The notes: generated by a model from the letters alone, not told the origin. 60,635 bases of DNA from Candidatus Woesearchaeota archaeon (GCA_018664115.1 JABJOX010000050.1:1-60635), one strand, 5' to 3'; numbered from the stretch's first letter, positions 34,896 through 45,045 are shown. Translations and numbers: made by a program.

Positions 34896-37800
34896 TTAAT
34901 ATTTTCTTCTGTCCCAAACAAATAAATAGATTACAGATAGAACAACAATACTAGCAATTATGGTTAATAAGACCAGCCATTGGCTATTCAAATTAGAAAT
35001 AGTATCTACACCAAAAGCACCAGTTAAACCGTTGAACCAGCTGCTTTCAGGTTCTTGTTCATTTGATTCAATAATAGTATTAGTTTCTGAAGTTTCAGAA
35101 AGTTCTTGAGTTTCTATAACTTTTTCTGTAGTTTCTTCTACTTCTTCTACAACGGGTTCTTCAGCAACAGGTTCTTCTACTGCCGTCGCGGAAGTTATGA
35201 CTGTTTTGGTAGTTGTTTTACTGCTGGAACTACTGCTGGAACCGCCTCCACCACCGCCTCCTCCGCCACCAGAGGAACCAGAAGAACTAGAACCGCTACT
35301 GGTAGAAGGACAAGCGGTACAAGAGCCACCACAATCCGTACCTGTTTCATCACCATTTTTGCTGCTATCAGAACAAGATGTAAAACTAACTGAATATGAA
35401 GAAGAGGTAGTTTGTTTTGTTAAAGAATCATCCGTAGCATCAATAGTAAAATCATGGCTGCCAATATCTTCGTTTTCAAAAGTGATTGTCCAAGTACAGG
35501 TTCTAGCGGTAGTATTCAAATCCGCACAATATGAATCTCCTGAAGGAAGAGCTAATGTTTCAAAAATGCCGCCTAAATTAGAGATGCCTGAATAATCATT
35601 TGCAATAACTTCTAAACTCATGGTTCCATCTCTTTCCAGATGAACTTCAGAATTATAATTAATAGTAATGATTGGTGCAAGAGTATCACTAACAATTACT
35701 GTTCTGCTGTTAGTGACAGAACTAAATGGATCAGAAACATTAAGGGTTATAACAAAAGTTCCCACTGAAACATATTTGTGATTTAGATTATCTCCTAATC
35801 CCAAACCAGAATCTCCAAAGTCCCAGGAGTAAGTTAATGAATCTCCATCAAGATCTGTAGCTACAGAAGTAACTGTAAGGGGATCACCAAATTCAATTGA
35901 AGTTTCATTATCTGGAGATAGAGAATTGATGACAGGAATTCTATTTTGAACAACAAAACTAAAAAGATTAGAAACATTAATGTTTCCTGCTAAATCAGTA
36001 GCATAAAATCGATAAAAAACATTCTGTTGATTAATTAAATTGTTAAAAGTGTAATTATATAAGTCCCCTATTTCTTGTTGCATAGAATAATTTGTTAAAT
36101 TGCCAGAGTAATCAGATTCAAAATAAATTGTTGAAGTGTTGAGATATTTATCCGTAACGTTGATTTTGAAAGTGATTGTATCATTGTTATAAATTGTTTC
36201 TGGACTAACACTAACTGCAAATAATGAAGGAGGGGTTCTATCAATAACAAAAGTAATCTCACTAATATTAAAAATGTTTGAAGAACCATTAGCAGAAACT
36301 GTTAATGTATAAGTATCATCTGGAATTAAATTAGAAAGGTTAATTAAATCACTCCAAGAGAAACTAGTCCCAGAAATATTATTATTAAAACTAGAAAGTA
36401 TAATTGCCCCATCACTATTCTTCAAAGTGTAATTAGTAGAAGAGATGATTGAATTTACAATGGTAATATTTAAATTAAAATTATTTCTTAAAAATGAATT
36501 ATTTCTTGGTGAGACAAATATAATTGAGGGAGTACTATTGGTGGGCGTTGAAGTAGAGTTTGATGATGAATTAGAATCTGAAATATCAACAGTTAATTTT
36601 CTATCAACACTTATTCCAGCAGTATCAATAGGATCATAACCATAAACACGATAAGTGTGGTTGCCATGTTCTAACGTTGTAATTGTAAATTGATAATGAG
36701 TATTATTTAATTCTGTCATCGAATAATTATTAACCGAACCATTACTAGATTGCCATTCAAGTAGAGCTGAATTTAGATTTACGTCAGAGGTGATGTTAAT
36801 TGTTGTAGTTGTTGTTGAGGTGGTAAGATTATCTATTGGATTATCATTAGTAAAATTTATAGAAGGTTGAATTGCTTTCAAAACATCTATTCTTGGAAAA
36901 TAAATATTGTTTCGAGTGTCAAGAATTAATTTTCCAGAATTTTTTAAACGATTTTTTACTTCCAAAGGCGTAAGAGTAACATCATGGACACGTTTCCAAT
37001 ATTCCATGACAAGAGCAGCAGCACCAGCAACATGAGGGGCGGCCATTGAAGTTCCACCTTTTGTACCAAAATTAGAATTTGTTACTGTTGATGTAATTGA
37101 ACTACCTGGTGCAAGCACACTAAGAATAGGGGCGGTATTATAATTAGAGATAGAATCGCCATCATTTACTGAACCAACAGAAGTAACACTCTCACCACAA
37201 GCAGGAGCTGTAATTCCTGCAGCACTTTTACTATTCCCTGCGGAAGCGTCAACAAAAATTCCCTGAGAAACTGCCCAACTAGATTTTGCTGCTAAAAGAT
37301 CATTATCATCACAAGCGCTAAGATAAGGTATTTCTGCACCTTGATTATTAGTAACACCAATACTCATTGTGATTATCGAAATATTGAAAATAGTAGCATT
37401 ATTAACACACCAATCAATTGCAGAAATGGCATCAGCAGTATTTCCATATCCAGCATTGGAAAAAACTTTCATTGCAACAATTTTTGCACCAGGAGCTACA
37501 CCACGATAAGTAGAATCTTCTGAAGCAACAATTCCTGAAACGTGTGAACCATGACCATGCACATCTTTTGGATCATCATCATCGTTACCAAAATCGTAAC
37601 CAGCAATAACTTTATTACAATCTCCAGCTAAGAATTCTTCAGTAGTACATCCACCCAAAGCAGGATGAGTATAATCTGCGCCAGTATCAATCACACAAAT
37701 AGTTTCTCCAGTTCCATCTAGTGATACGCCGTTAACAGATAAGTCCCAAACATCATCTGCGTTGATTAAAGATGTAGAAGTGTCAAGTGAAAGTTTAAGA

Positions 37801-38273
37801 GGATAATTAAAATCAACTCTTTCAACATTAGGATCATCTTTAAGTATTTCTAAACCCTCTTCGGTAATTTCTCCTGCTAAAGCATTAATAGTTGAATAAA
37901 GATGTTCTACTTCAATATCTTCTACTTGAATAGTTTCTTTGATTTCTTCATCAGTACTAATAATTATTCCTTCTTCAGTATCAACACCTAAATTTTCTAA
38001 AACTTCAACTTGTTTATCTTTGATTGCTTCTTTTCTTTCTTCAAGATTGTCTGATAAAGTTTCATCATCATCTTTTAAAGTAATGATTACTGAGATAGTT
38101 TCATCTTCACTTAAACCAACTGCGGCTCCTGAAAGAAGATTGTTAGAAAAAGCATTTTTTACAGTAGGATCAATCATAACTGAGGAATCTGAAGCAAAGA
38201 AATTGTTACTAGTTACAACTAGAATAGTTAAAGACAATAAAAATAGTCCCAAGACCCATGTTCTTTGTTTCAT
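34896..38273 (-). CDS. subtilisin-like serine protease (S8) with PKD/Ig-like repeats, a Cys-rich motif, a Gly/Ser tract and a C-terminal TM anchor
   Basis: Catalytic triad contexts VIDTGADYTHPALGG, HGHGSHVSGIVAS, GGTSMAAPHVAGAAAL. PKD-like SLTYSWDFGD. DCGGSCTACP, then G10/S tract, then TM helix at the C-terminus. Confidence 0.9.
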   Translation of the reverse strand: MKQRTWVLGLFLLSLTILVVTSNNFFASDSSVMIDPTVKNAFSNNLLSGAAVGLSEDETISVIITLKDDDETLSDNLEERKEAIKDKQVEVLENLGVDTEEGIIISTDEEIKETIQVEDIEVEHLYSTINALAGEITEEGLEILKDDPNVERVDFNYPLKLSLDTSTSLINADDVWDLSVNGVSLDGTGETICVIDTGADYTHPALGGCTTEEFLAGDCNKVIAGYDFGNDDDDPKDVHGHGSHVSGIVASEDSTYRGVAPGAKIVAMKVFSNAGYGNTADAISAIDWCVNNATIFNISIITMSIGVTNNQGAEIPYLSACDDNDLLAAKSSWAVSQGIFVDASAGNSKSAAGITAPACGESVTSVGSVNDGDSISNYNTAPILSVLAPGSSITSTVTNSNFGTKGGTSMAAPHVAGAAALVMEYWKRVHDVTLTPLEVKNRLKNSGKLILDTRNNIYFPRIDVLKAIQPSINFTNDNPIDNLTTSTTTTTINITSDVNLNSALLEWQSSNGSVNNYSMTELNNTHYQFTITTLEHGNHTYRVYGYDPIDTAGISVDRKLTVDISDSNSSSNSTSTPTNSTPSIIFVSPRNNSFLRNNFNLNITIVNSIISSTNYTLKNSDGAIILSSFNNNISGTSFSWSDLINLSNLIPDDTYTLTVSANGSSNIFNISEITFVIDRTPPSLFAVSVSPETIYNNDTITFKINVTDKYLNTSTIYFESDYSGNLTNYSMQQEIGDLYNYTFNNLINQQNVFYRFYATDLAGNINVSNLFSFVVQNRIPVINSLSPDNETSIEFGDPLTVTSVATDLDGDSLTYSWDFGDSGLGLGDNLNHKYVSVGTFVITLNVSDPFSSVTNSRTVIVSDTLAPIITINYNSEVHLERDGTMSLEVIANDYSGISNLGGIFETLALPSGDSYCADLNTTARTCTWTITFENEDIGSHDFTIDATDDSLTKQTTSSSYSVSFTSCSDSSKNGDETGTDCGGSCTACPSTSSGSSSSGSSGGGGGGGGGGSSSSSSSKTTTKTVITSATAVEEPVAEEPVVEEVEETTEKVIETQELSETSETNTIIESNEQEPESSWFNGLTGAFGVDTISNLNSQWLVLLTIIASIVVLSVIYLFVWDRRKY

Positions 38274-38275
38274 TT

Positions 38276-39196
38276 TTAAATTAACATCAGTTTATTACTT
38301 TTTTCTAAGAGAATAGAACCTAAACCTTTTCCAATGTTGAAAGAGGCTTCTGAAAATACTCCTGTCAATAAATCAAAGAAACTAAGTTCTGTTTGATAAG
38401 ATACAAAGTCAACTTCTTCAAGATTATAATTATCTTTAATGTATTGTTCGGCGGTATCTCTATTTCCTAACTGGTCAATCAAGTTAAATTCTAAAGCTTC
38501 TATCCCTAAATAAAATTCTCCAGTGGCCAATTCAGTAATTTTACTTTTTTCTAGGTTTCTATTGTTTGCTATTTCTTCAATAAAATAATCATGAATCCTG
38601 TTAATCTTCTTTTGAAGAATGATTTTTTCTTCACCAGTAAGTTTTCGATAAGGCGTGCCAGCATCTTTATATTCGCCAGCAGTTAATTGTTCATAACCAA
38701 TACCATACTCTTCCATCAAACCGCTAAATTCTAAAAATGAAGAGATCACACCAATACTTCCCGTAATAGACATTCTGTTAGCAATAACATGGTTGGTTGC
38801 AGAAGCGATCCAATAACCGCCAGAAGCACCAACTTCTCTAATTACAGAAATGGTTGGTTTAGTTGATTTCTTAATTGCAGAAGCAATTTCATCACTGGCT
38901 ACAGCTGAACCACCGGGAGAATTAATTTCAAAAAGAATTACTTTAATTTGAGAATCTTTTTCTGCCTCTTTAATAAAATTGACAACTGTCTTTGCAGAAG
39001 TTGTAGATTGTCCTAAGTAACTTCCACCATTACCAGTAATTGGACCATCGATAGGAATTATCGCAACGTTACCAATTTTAGAACCATCGAAAAGAGATAA
39101 TGAAATTGGTAACAAAATGAAGAGGACGAAAAGAACTGCTAAAACGGTCAATAGAATAGGGAAAAATCTACTTTTTTCTTTCACCGTCTTTTTCAT
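38276..39196 (-). CDS. sppA: signal peptide peptidase SppA (S49, 36K type)
   Basis: INSPGGSAVASDEI, GASGGYWIA, SITGSIGV. Confidence 0.85.
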   Translation of the reverse strand: MKKTVKEKSRFFPILLTVLAVLFVLFILLPISLSLFDGSKIGNVAIIPIDGPITGNGGSYLGQSTTSAKTVVNFIKEAEKDSQIKVILFEINSPGGSAVASDEIASAIKKSTKPTISVIREVGASGGYWIASATNHVIANRMSITGSIGVISSFLEFSGLMEEYGIGYEQLTAGEYKDAGTPYRKLTGEEKIILQKKINRIHDYFIEEIANNRNLEKSKITELATGEFYLGIEALEFNLIDQLGNRDTAEQYIKDNYNLEEVDFVSYQTELSFFDLLTGVFSEASFNIGKGLGSILLEKSNKLMLI

Positions 39197-39248
39197 AGTA
39201 TATTGTTATATGTAAAAGGTATATAAATGTTTTCTAAAAAGAAAAAAG

Positions 39249-39378
39249 TAGCCCCACGCGGACTTTCAAATCTTCAGGAAGATTTGTAGTCTCCCTGAGG
39301 GATATTTGAACCGCGGTCAATGCCTATCTTCTTTGGAGATCCAAAGGGCACTATGATAGTCCACTACACCATGGGGCT
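39249..39378 (-). tRNA. tRNA-Gln(UUG) with two introns (about 15 nt at 37/38 and about 42 nt in the T-arm)
   Basis: Acceptor AGCCCCA/UGGGGCU plus discriminator A. Anticodon stem GUGCC/GGCAU with loop CUUUGG[intron]A. T-stem CGCGG/CCGCG is separated by UUCAAAU plus a 42-nt insert. The insert contains AUUUGAA, complementary to the T-loop. No encoded CCA. Confidence 0.8.
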
Positions 39379-39430
39379 GTCAAGACTATCTTTATCTAAC
39401 TTCTTTATAAAATTTTTGGATAATCCTTCT

Positions 39431-39523
39431 TCAATTCTCTTCAAAATCTAAAGCTAAAGAATTAATACAAAAACGTTTACCTGTAGGTTTAGGACCATCA
39501 TAGAAACTTGGCCACCCACAACC
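39431..39523 (-). pseudogene. msrB: relic of peptide-methionine (R)-S-oxide reductase MsrB (C-terminal fragment with an internal deletion)
   Basis: The minus strand translates to [30 protein letters not shown]. There is no start codon and only a T-rich tract upstream. Confidence 0.6.
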
Positions 39524-39550
39524 AAAAAAAAGAAAAAAAATTAAAAAAAG

Positions 39551-39970
39551 TTAAATCCCTAATGTTTCCATTAAAACGCACTTTTCTTTCTTGCTAATTT
39601 CTTGGCCCGTAAGAACTCTACCGTAAATGTTCTTTTCTTCTGGTGTCAAAGCATCTAATATGCCTGGACAATCAGATTCCAGTTCACTGACTTTAGCAAT
39701 AACCGTGCTCGGATCTAAACTTCCCATCAAAGTTGTAACTCTTCTCCCTATCCGCTCAATATCTCTATCACTTGCACGTCTTTGCAAAATATCACTGATA
39801 TCATCGGCAGGAAGCATTTCCCTGATTTCTCGGTCGCGAGATATAACTCTACCAATCGCGGTCAGGTTGTATGTTCTTACTTCTTCATCAATCATTCCTC
39901 TGTATCCGTACAAATGAGCCACCAAAGCAGCACAAGTTCCAATTCCAATCAACATTGTTATTCCAATCAT
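39551..39970 (-). CDS. hypothetical protein with an N-terminal TM segment
   Basis: 139-aa ORF. Confidence 0.5.
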   Translation of the reverse strand: MIGITMLIGIGTCAALVAHLYGYRGMIDEEVRTYNLTAIGRVISRDREIREMLPADDISDILQRRASDRDIERIGRRVTTLMGSLDPSTVIAKVSELESDCPGILDALTPEEKNIYGRVLTGQEISKKEKCVLMETLGI

Positions 39971-40305
39971 TTTATTTTACCTCCTAAGTATTTTTATTTT
40001 TATTTTTTTGTAACATCTAAATCAACATCTTTATTTGCCAAGAACTAATTTTCAAACCCCATCCATTCCAGAATTTAATTTCCAGAAGCTGTAAGAATTT
40101 ATATCAGTTCTAATTAATCTTAATAGAAATAGTGCCAACTAGTAATAACAGAAATTTCTTTTCCAATACTAGTTGTAGTTTTCATAGCTTTATAGAATCA
40201 ATAATGGTATAAATTACTTTTCTTTGAGAAATGAGTCATAATAAGAATTAAAAGATAAAAAGAATTATATTTTCCACAAAAGAGCATCTAATTTAAATAA
40301 AAATA

Positions 40306-40429
40306 TGTGGACGGCAGGACTCGAACCTGCGTAAGCACTAAGCTACTGGGTGTCTTCGAGAGAAGACCTCAGAAACTAGAGGTTTCTCGCGCCTAAGCCC
40401 AGCCCGTTTGACCACTCCGGCACGTCCAC
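40306..40429 (-). tRNA. tRNA-Leu(UAG), class II, with a 40-nt intron at 37/38
   Basis: Acceptor GUGGACG/CGUCCAC plus A. Anticodon stem CUGGG/CCCAG with loop CUUAGG[40 nt]A. Long variable arm UAGCUUAGUGCUUAC. T-arm GCAGG-UUCGAGU-CCUGC. Confidence 0.85.
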
Positions 40430-40517
40430 GTATTAGTAAATCTATTGGTTTTCTTTTTATACTTTTCTATTAATTTGTGATAATAACCTTTATATATTCA
40501 ACCAAAATACTATCTTT

Positions 40518-41987
40518 ATGGCAAAGAAAGAGCAAAAAAAATCTAGAGGCACAAAAGGTATTAGTGTCAGCAAAGAGAACGATTTTAGTGAATGGTACAC
40601 ACAAGTTATCCAGAAAGCAGATTTGGCTGATTATTCAGCAGTGTCTGGATGTATGGTAATTAAACCAGCAGCATGGGCAATTTGGGAAAAGATTAGAGAC
40701 CAAGTTGATGAGAGAATTAAAAAATTGGGCGTTCAAAATGTGGCTTTTCCAATATTCATTCCAGAATCTTTACTTACTAAAGAAGCAGCACATATTGAAG
40801 GGTTTGCTCCAGAAGTTGCGTGGGTAACGCATGCAGGAAATTCTAAGTTAAGTGAACGTCTTGCAATCAGACCAACTTCAGAAGCAATCATGTACGATTC
40901 ATATTCAAAATGGATTAGATCCCATAATGATTTACCATTAAAATACAATCAATGGAGTAATGTAGTTAGATGGGAATTTAAACACCCAACTCCTTTCTTT
41001 AGAACAAGAGAATTTTATTTTAATGAGGGGCATACTTGTTTTGCAACTCAAAAAGAAGCAGAAAATGAGGGAGAAGAAATTATTGCAATGTACACTGATG
41101 TTTGTGAAAAATTTTTAGCTCTTCCATCTTTTGTAGGTAAGAAATCTGAAAAAGAAAAGTTTGCTGGTGCAGTATATTCTACTTCAATGGAATTTATGAT
41201 GGATAATGGGAAAGCAATCCAAGGACCAGTTTTTCACCATGACGGACAAAATTTTTCTAAAGCTTATGATATTAAATTTCAAGATGTAAATGGTAAGGAA
41301 AGTTATGTTTGGCAAAATACTTGGGCTATAAGTACGAGAATGATTGGAGTAATGTTTGCAATTCACAGCGATGATAAAGGATTAGTTTTACCACCAAAAT
41401 TAGCAGCAACACAAGTAGTAATTGTCCCAATCTTATTTGAAGATTCTAAAGCAGAAGTGTTAAAGAAAGCTAGAGAGATTCAAAAAAATCTAGAGAAGAA
41501 AGGAATTTCTGTTTACTTAGATGATCGTGATAATTATAATCCTGGTTGGAAATTCAATGAATGGGAGATGAAAGGTATTCCTGTGCGAATAGAGTTAGGA
41601 CCAAGAGACTTAGAGAAACATCAAGTAATGGTTGCCAGAAGAGACACTTCTGAGAAACAAGCTTTAGAAATAACTGCAATTGCTGATGAGGTTAGAATTT
41701 TATTAGATGACATTCAAAAAAGTTTATTTGATAAAGCACAAAAAATTCTAGATAAAAGTATTCTTAAAGTTGACAATTTGAAAGATGCTAAAGCAGCATT
41801 TAAAGATAAGAGGATTGTTATTGCTCCTTGGTGTAGTGCTGTTGAATGTGAAGATATCTTTAAAGAGAAAACTGGAGCTAAGTCATTAAATAGTCCATTA
41901 GAACAGCCTAAGCTTAAGAAAGGACAGACTTGTTCATTCTGTAAAGAAGAAGCTAAGTTATGGATGCATTTCGGGAAGAGTTATTAG
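40518..41987 (+). CDS. proS: prolyl-tRNA synthetase, archaeal/eukaryal type
   Basis: FSEWYTQVIQKADL, RPTSEA, FRTREF, the GKAIQ..TWAISTR region, and a C-terminal zinc-type CSFCKEEAKLWMHFGKSY ending in Tyr. Confidence 0.92.
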   Translation: MAKKEQKKSRGTKGISVSKENDFSEWYTQVIQKADLADYSAVSGCMVIKPAAWAIWEKIRDQVDERIKKLGVQNVAFPIFIPESLLTKEAAHIEGFAPEVAWVTHAGNSKLSERLAIRPTSEAIMYDSYSKWIRSHNDLPLKYNQWSNVVRWEFKHPTPFFRTREFYFNEGHTCFATQKEAENEGEEIIAMYTDVCEKFLALPSFVGKKSEKEKFAGAVYSTSMEFMMDNGKAIQGPVFHHDGQNFSKAYDIKFQDVNGKESYVWQNTWAISTRMIGVMFAIHSDDKGLVLPPKLAATQVVIVPILFEDSKAEVLKKAREIQKNLEKKGISVYLDDRDNYNPGWKFNEWEMKGIPVRIELGPRDLEKHQVMVARRDTSEKQALEITAIADEVRILLDDIQKSLFDKAQKILDKSILKVDNLKDAKAAFKDKRIVIAPWCSAVECEDIFKEKTGAKSLNSPLEQPKLKKGQTCSFCKEEAKLWMHFGKSY

Positions 41988-42022
41988 ATTGACTCTTTTC
42001 ATATAAATTTCTTAGATATAGT

Positions 42023-42049
42023 AATATTTAAATAGGGTTTTGATTTACT
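42023..42049 (+). promoter_or_regulatory. 27-nt promoter/leader cassette identical to 48438-48464
   Basis: AATATTTAAATAGGGTTTTGATTTACT ends 7 nt before the ATG at 42057. It contains a TTTAAATA TATA box. Confidence 0.55.
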
Positions 42050-42056
42050 AAGTGGT

Positions 42057-42989
42057 ATGACTATCATGAATAATATGGCTAGTACTTTACCAACACATAT
42101 CGAAATTGATAAGATCTATAATGATTTAAAAAAAAGAATCTCAAAAGAACCATATAAAAAAACTAAAACGAATGTAAAATTTCAAGAAGTCAGTCAAGAT
42201 TTGTTTGATTCTTTTGAAAGATTACTTGCAATTCATAAAAAAATATTCTCGTTAGAAAATTTGCAAATGCAAGATCAATCAAGAAGCTTAAAAGAATCAT
42301 TTAAACAAGTTGTTGACAGCAGATTCTTAAGACTCAATCCTTTAGTAAGTAATAATGCTTTTGTTACATTAACTAATAATCAAAAAGGAACAATTAATTC
42401 TATCATTTCAGAAAATAATCTTAATAAGAAATTAATTGCATTAAGAAATTTAAAAGAAATCATTTCTTCAATAACCAATATTGAAAGTAAAGATATTAAG
42501 TTAAGTGAATCAGTTCAACATTTAGTATTTAAGAGGAACGGATGGAGAATAGATGAACATTGTCTCATTGGCATCTTAAATCACATTATAAAATTGTCTA
42601 AATGGATGGCACGTACATCATTATCAAATCCAATGTATCGTTACTACAAAACAGGCAAAGGGGACTTCAGAAGAAATAAAGGATTTCGGGTTGAAGATTC
42701 AAAACATGGCTATAATAGAGGGAAATTAGATGAGAGTCTAATTAAAAGATTAAAAGAAGTAGTAAAGAAAATTAAAACAAATAAAAATTATGAAATATTA
42801 TTTGAAGAACACCTACTACTTTTTCAAAAAAAGTTAAAAACAATTGTTAAAAACCTCAACTCATTTGAAAAAACGCTACTAACATTTGTTGACTCAAATC
42901 GAAAAGTAAAAGTAAAATCTACAATTGGAGACATCCTTGCGACCGATAAGAAGATTAAACAAGAGATTATTTGGTTTAAAAATAAATAG
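42057..42989 (+). CDS. hypothetical protein
   Basis: 310-aa Lys/Asn-rich ORF. Confidence 0.5.
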   Translation: MTIMNNMASTLPTHIEIDKIYNDLKKRISKEPYKKTKTNVKFQEVSQDLFDSFERLLAIHKKIFSLENLQMQDQSRSLKESFKQVVDSRFLRLNPLVSNNAFVTLTNNQKGTINSIISENNLNKKLIALRNLKEIISSITNIESKDIKLSESVQHLVFKRNGWRIDEHCLIGILNHIIKLSKWMARTSLSNPMYRYYKTGKGDFRRNKGFRVEDSKHGYNRGKLDESLIKRLKEVVKKIKTNKNYEILFEEHLLLFQKKLKTIVKNLNSFEKTLLTFVDSNRKVKVKSTIGDILATDKKIKQEIIWFKNK

Positions 42990-43104
42990 TTTACATTCAA
43001 TATTTATTCCTTTTTAATAATTGGTGTTTTAAAATATTTTCTTAAATGTGATTTTCACTTACTTATTCTTACACATAACCATTAAATTTATATTCTAGAA
43101 AGTA

Positions 43105-44262
43105 ATGATTCTACTAATGGCCTTAGAAAAAGAAATAATTGTCCTAGGAGACATTGAAATGGGCGCAGGTAATCTTACAGATGATTTCATTAGTGATAAC
43201 GCTTTAACAGAATTAATTGAAGAATTATGTAAACGGCCTCATGCCGTAGATTTAGTTCTTAATGGAGACACTTTTGACTTTCTTAAATGCCCCTACTTTA
43301 GTGCCAACCAATTGTCTTATCCACGGCATATCACTAGTGAAATTTCTATAAACAAACTTAATTTGATTTATCATGCTCATAATAAAGTATTCAGGGCTTT
43401 GAAAAAGTTTTGTAAAGATAAAAATAATAGATTATATTTCAATATTGGAAATCATGATACGGATTTAGTTTATCATGCGGTACAAAAGAGGATAAAAGAA
43501 TTGTTAAGTAATTCTAATAATATTTATTTCAAACAAGTTTATCGTTATAAAAATGTTCATGTTGAACACGGACAACAATACGATTTCTTAACAAAGATTA
43601 ATTTTGACAAGTTATTTCTTAATTATCGCGGCAAAGAGATTCTTAACCAATCATTTATTTCATTCGGTTTAATTAGTAGATTTATGCATATGAAAGAAAA
43701 ACATCCTTTTTTGGAAAGAATTTTTCCAAGAAAAGAGTTATTAAAAATACAGCGAAGATTGATTAAGAAACTTACCAGAAGAACGGTGGGATATTTCATA
43801 AAAAGTATGTTATATTATCCTTTGAGATATTTTTACGATCCAACCTATACTTATCCTCGAGAATTGTTTAGAGAATTATATATCAGATTAAAAAATGTTC
43901 ATTGGGACGTTGACAAGGTGATACCCACATTTAAAAGAAAGAAAAAACATTCGTTTAAAAAAGATAGGATTTTTGTTTTAGGTCACATTCACGAAAAGTT
44001 TGTTGAAGATAAAGATAATATTGCTTTAATTCATCCGGGTTCTTGGAGAGATGAATATGATTTAGATGTAGATACAAGAAAACTTATTCCTCGCCCAAAA
44101 AGATATGTACAAATTTTAATTACAGATGTGGGAACAGATTATCAAATAATTGAGATACCTACAAACAGAACTAATCTTAACTTTGACAAAGTGATTAATA
44201 ATGAACTTAAACATGTTAAGTTAGTGGCTAAGGAAGAAAAGTTTCATCCGGCATTGATCTGA
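43105..44262 (+). CDS. calcineurin-like metallophosphoesterase
   Basis: LGDIEMGAGN, NGDTFDF, GNHD, HGQQYD, GHIH. Confidence 0.7.
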   Translation: MILLMALEKEIIVLGDIEMGAGNLTDDFISDNALTELIEELCKRPHAVDLVLNGDTFDFLKCPYFSANQLSYPRHITSEISINKLNLIYHAHNKVFRALKKFCKDKNNRLYFNIGNHDTDLVYHAVQKRIKELLSNSNNIYFKQVYRYKNVHVEHGQQYDFLTKINFDKLFLNYRGKEILNQSFISFGLISRFMHMKEKHPFLERIFPRKELLKIQRRLIKKLTRRTVGYFIKSMLYYPLRYFYDPTYTYPRELFRELYIRLKNVHWDVDKVIPTFKRKKKHSFKKDRIFVLGHIHEKFVEDKDNIALIHPGSWRDEYDLDVDTRKLIPRPKRYVQILITDVGTDYQIIEIPTNRTNLNFDKVINNELKHVKLVAKEEKFHPALI

Positions 44263-44264
44263 TA

Positions 44265-44322
44265 AAAATGCGTTTTAACCTCGCATTTTTAGCATACAAA
44301 ATTTCATTTTAGGTGAAATTTT
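44265..44322 (+). terminator. two consecutive AT-rich hairpins after 43105-44262
   Basis: AAAATGCG(9 nt)CGCATTTT and AAAATTTCA(7 nt)TGAAATTTT. Confidence 0.4.
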
Positions 44323-44556
44323 TGCATGAGATTTACTACTAACTCACAATCAACAACATTTAAATAAAAAAGCGTTTCTTCCAATACTTTACGATTAGGG
44401 TGGTGTAATATTTTAGAAAAAGCAATAGAGGAAGTTATTGAAAAGTACTCAAGTTTTAACGAAATAGCTATTGCAATACACCAATTTATTATTGAAAAAG
44501 AAGGGAAAGATGATGGAAAAGATAAAGAAGGAGAATTAGAACAAAAAGTTGAACTC

Positions 44557-45045
44557 TTGAAAGTTGATGAAGAAAAATCTGGAACTGATGAAAAGAAGAA
44601 ACCTATTAAAGAAAGATCATTAAAAGATAAAAAGAAAAAATTAGAAGAAAAAACTGTTAAAAAAGATAATATTAAGAATCATGATGCTATTACTTATGCT
44701 TCTCAACATGAACAATTATTAGCAGAGAATTTCTATAAATCAAATGTGGATTATGATAATTTATTTTCTTATACATTTTCTGGAATTAAAGTAAATAGTT
44801 TTGATGTATATGAAAATGACTCTTTAGCAAATTCAGGAGATGGTTACGAAAACATGGATATAGAAGAAGCTAAAGAAACACTTGTTTCTATTCAGTACGC
44901 CACGGTTTTAGGATCAATGACTGAAATGAGTCTGGAGAAAAGAAGACAATTTGCTACCTGGGTTTCTTTCAACAAAGGTTTGATGAACTTATTTGAGAAT
45001 TTATATGGCGTTACCGGTGACGTTGATTATAGTAAGACTTTCTGA
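44557..45045 (+). CDS. hypothetical acidic/Lys-rich protein, start uncertain
   Basis: The ORF track starts at TTG. The same frame is open and protein-like from 44368 but contains no ATG/GTG/TTG. Confidence 0.45.
   Translation: MKVDEEKSGTDEKKKPIKERSLKDKKKKLEEKTVKKDNIKNHDAITYASQHEQLLAENFYKSNVDYDNLFSYTFSGIKVNSFDVYENDSLANSGDGYENMDIEEAKETLVSIQYATVLGSMTEMSLEKRRQFATWVSFNKGLMNLFENLYGVTGDVDYSKTF

Noticed and set aside
35106-35595. Two plus-strand ORFs (95 and 132 aa) antisense to the S8 protease gene
   Set aside because: They arise from the GC-rich Gly/Ser-coding tract (GGnGGn/AGC runs) of the protease gene and encode low-complexity Pro/Thr/Arg strings. The protease frame has full catalytic motifs.
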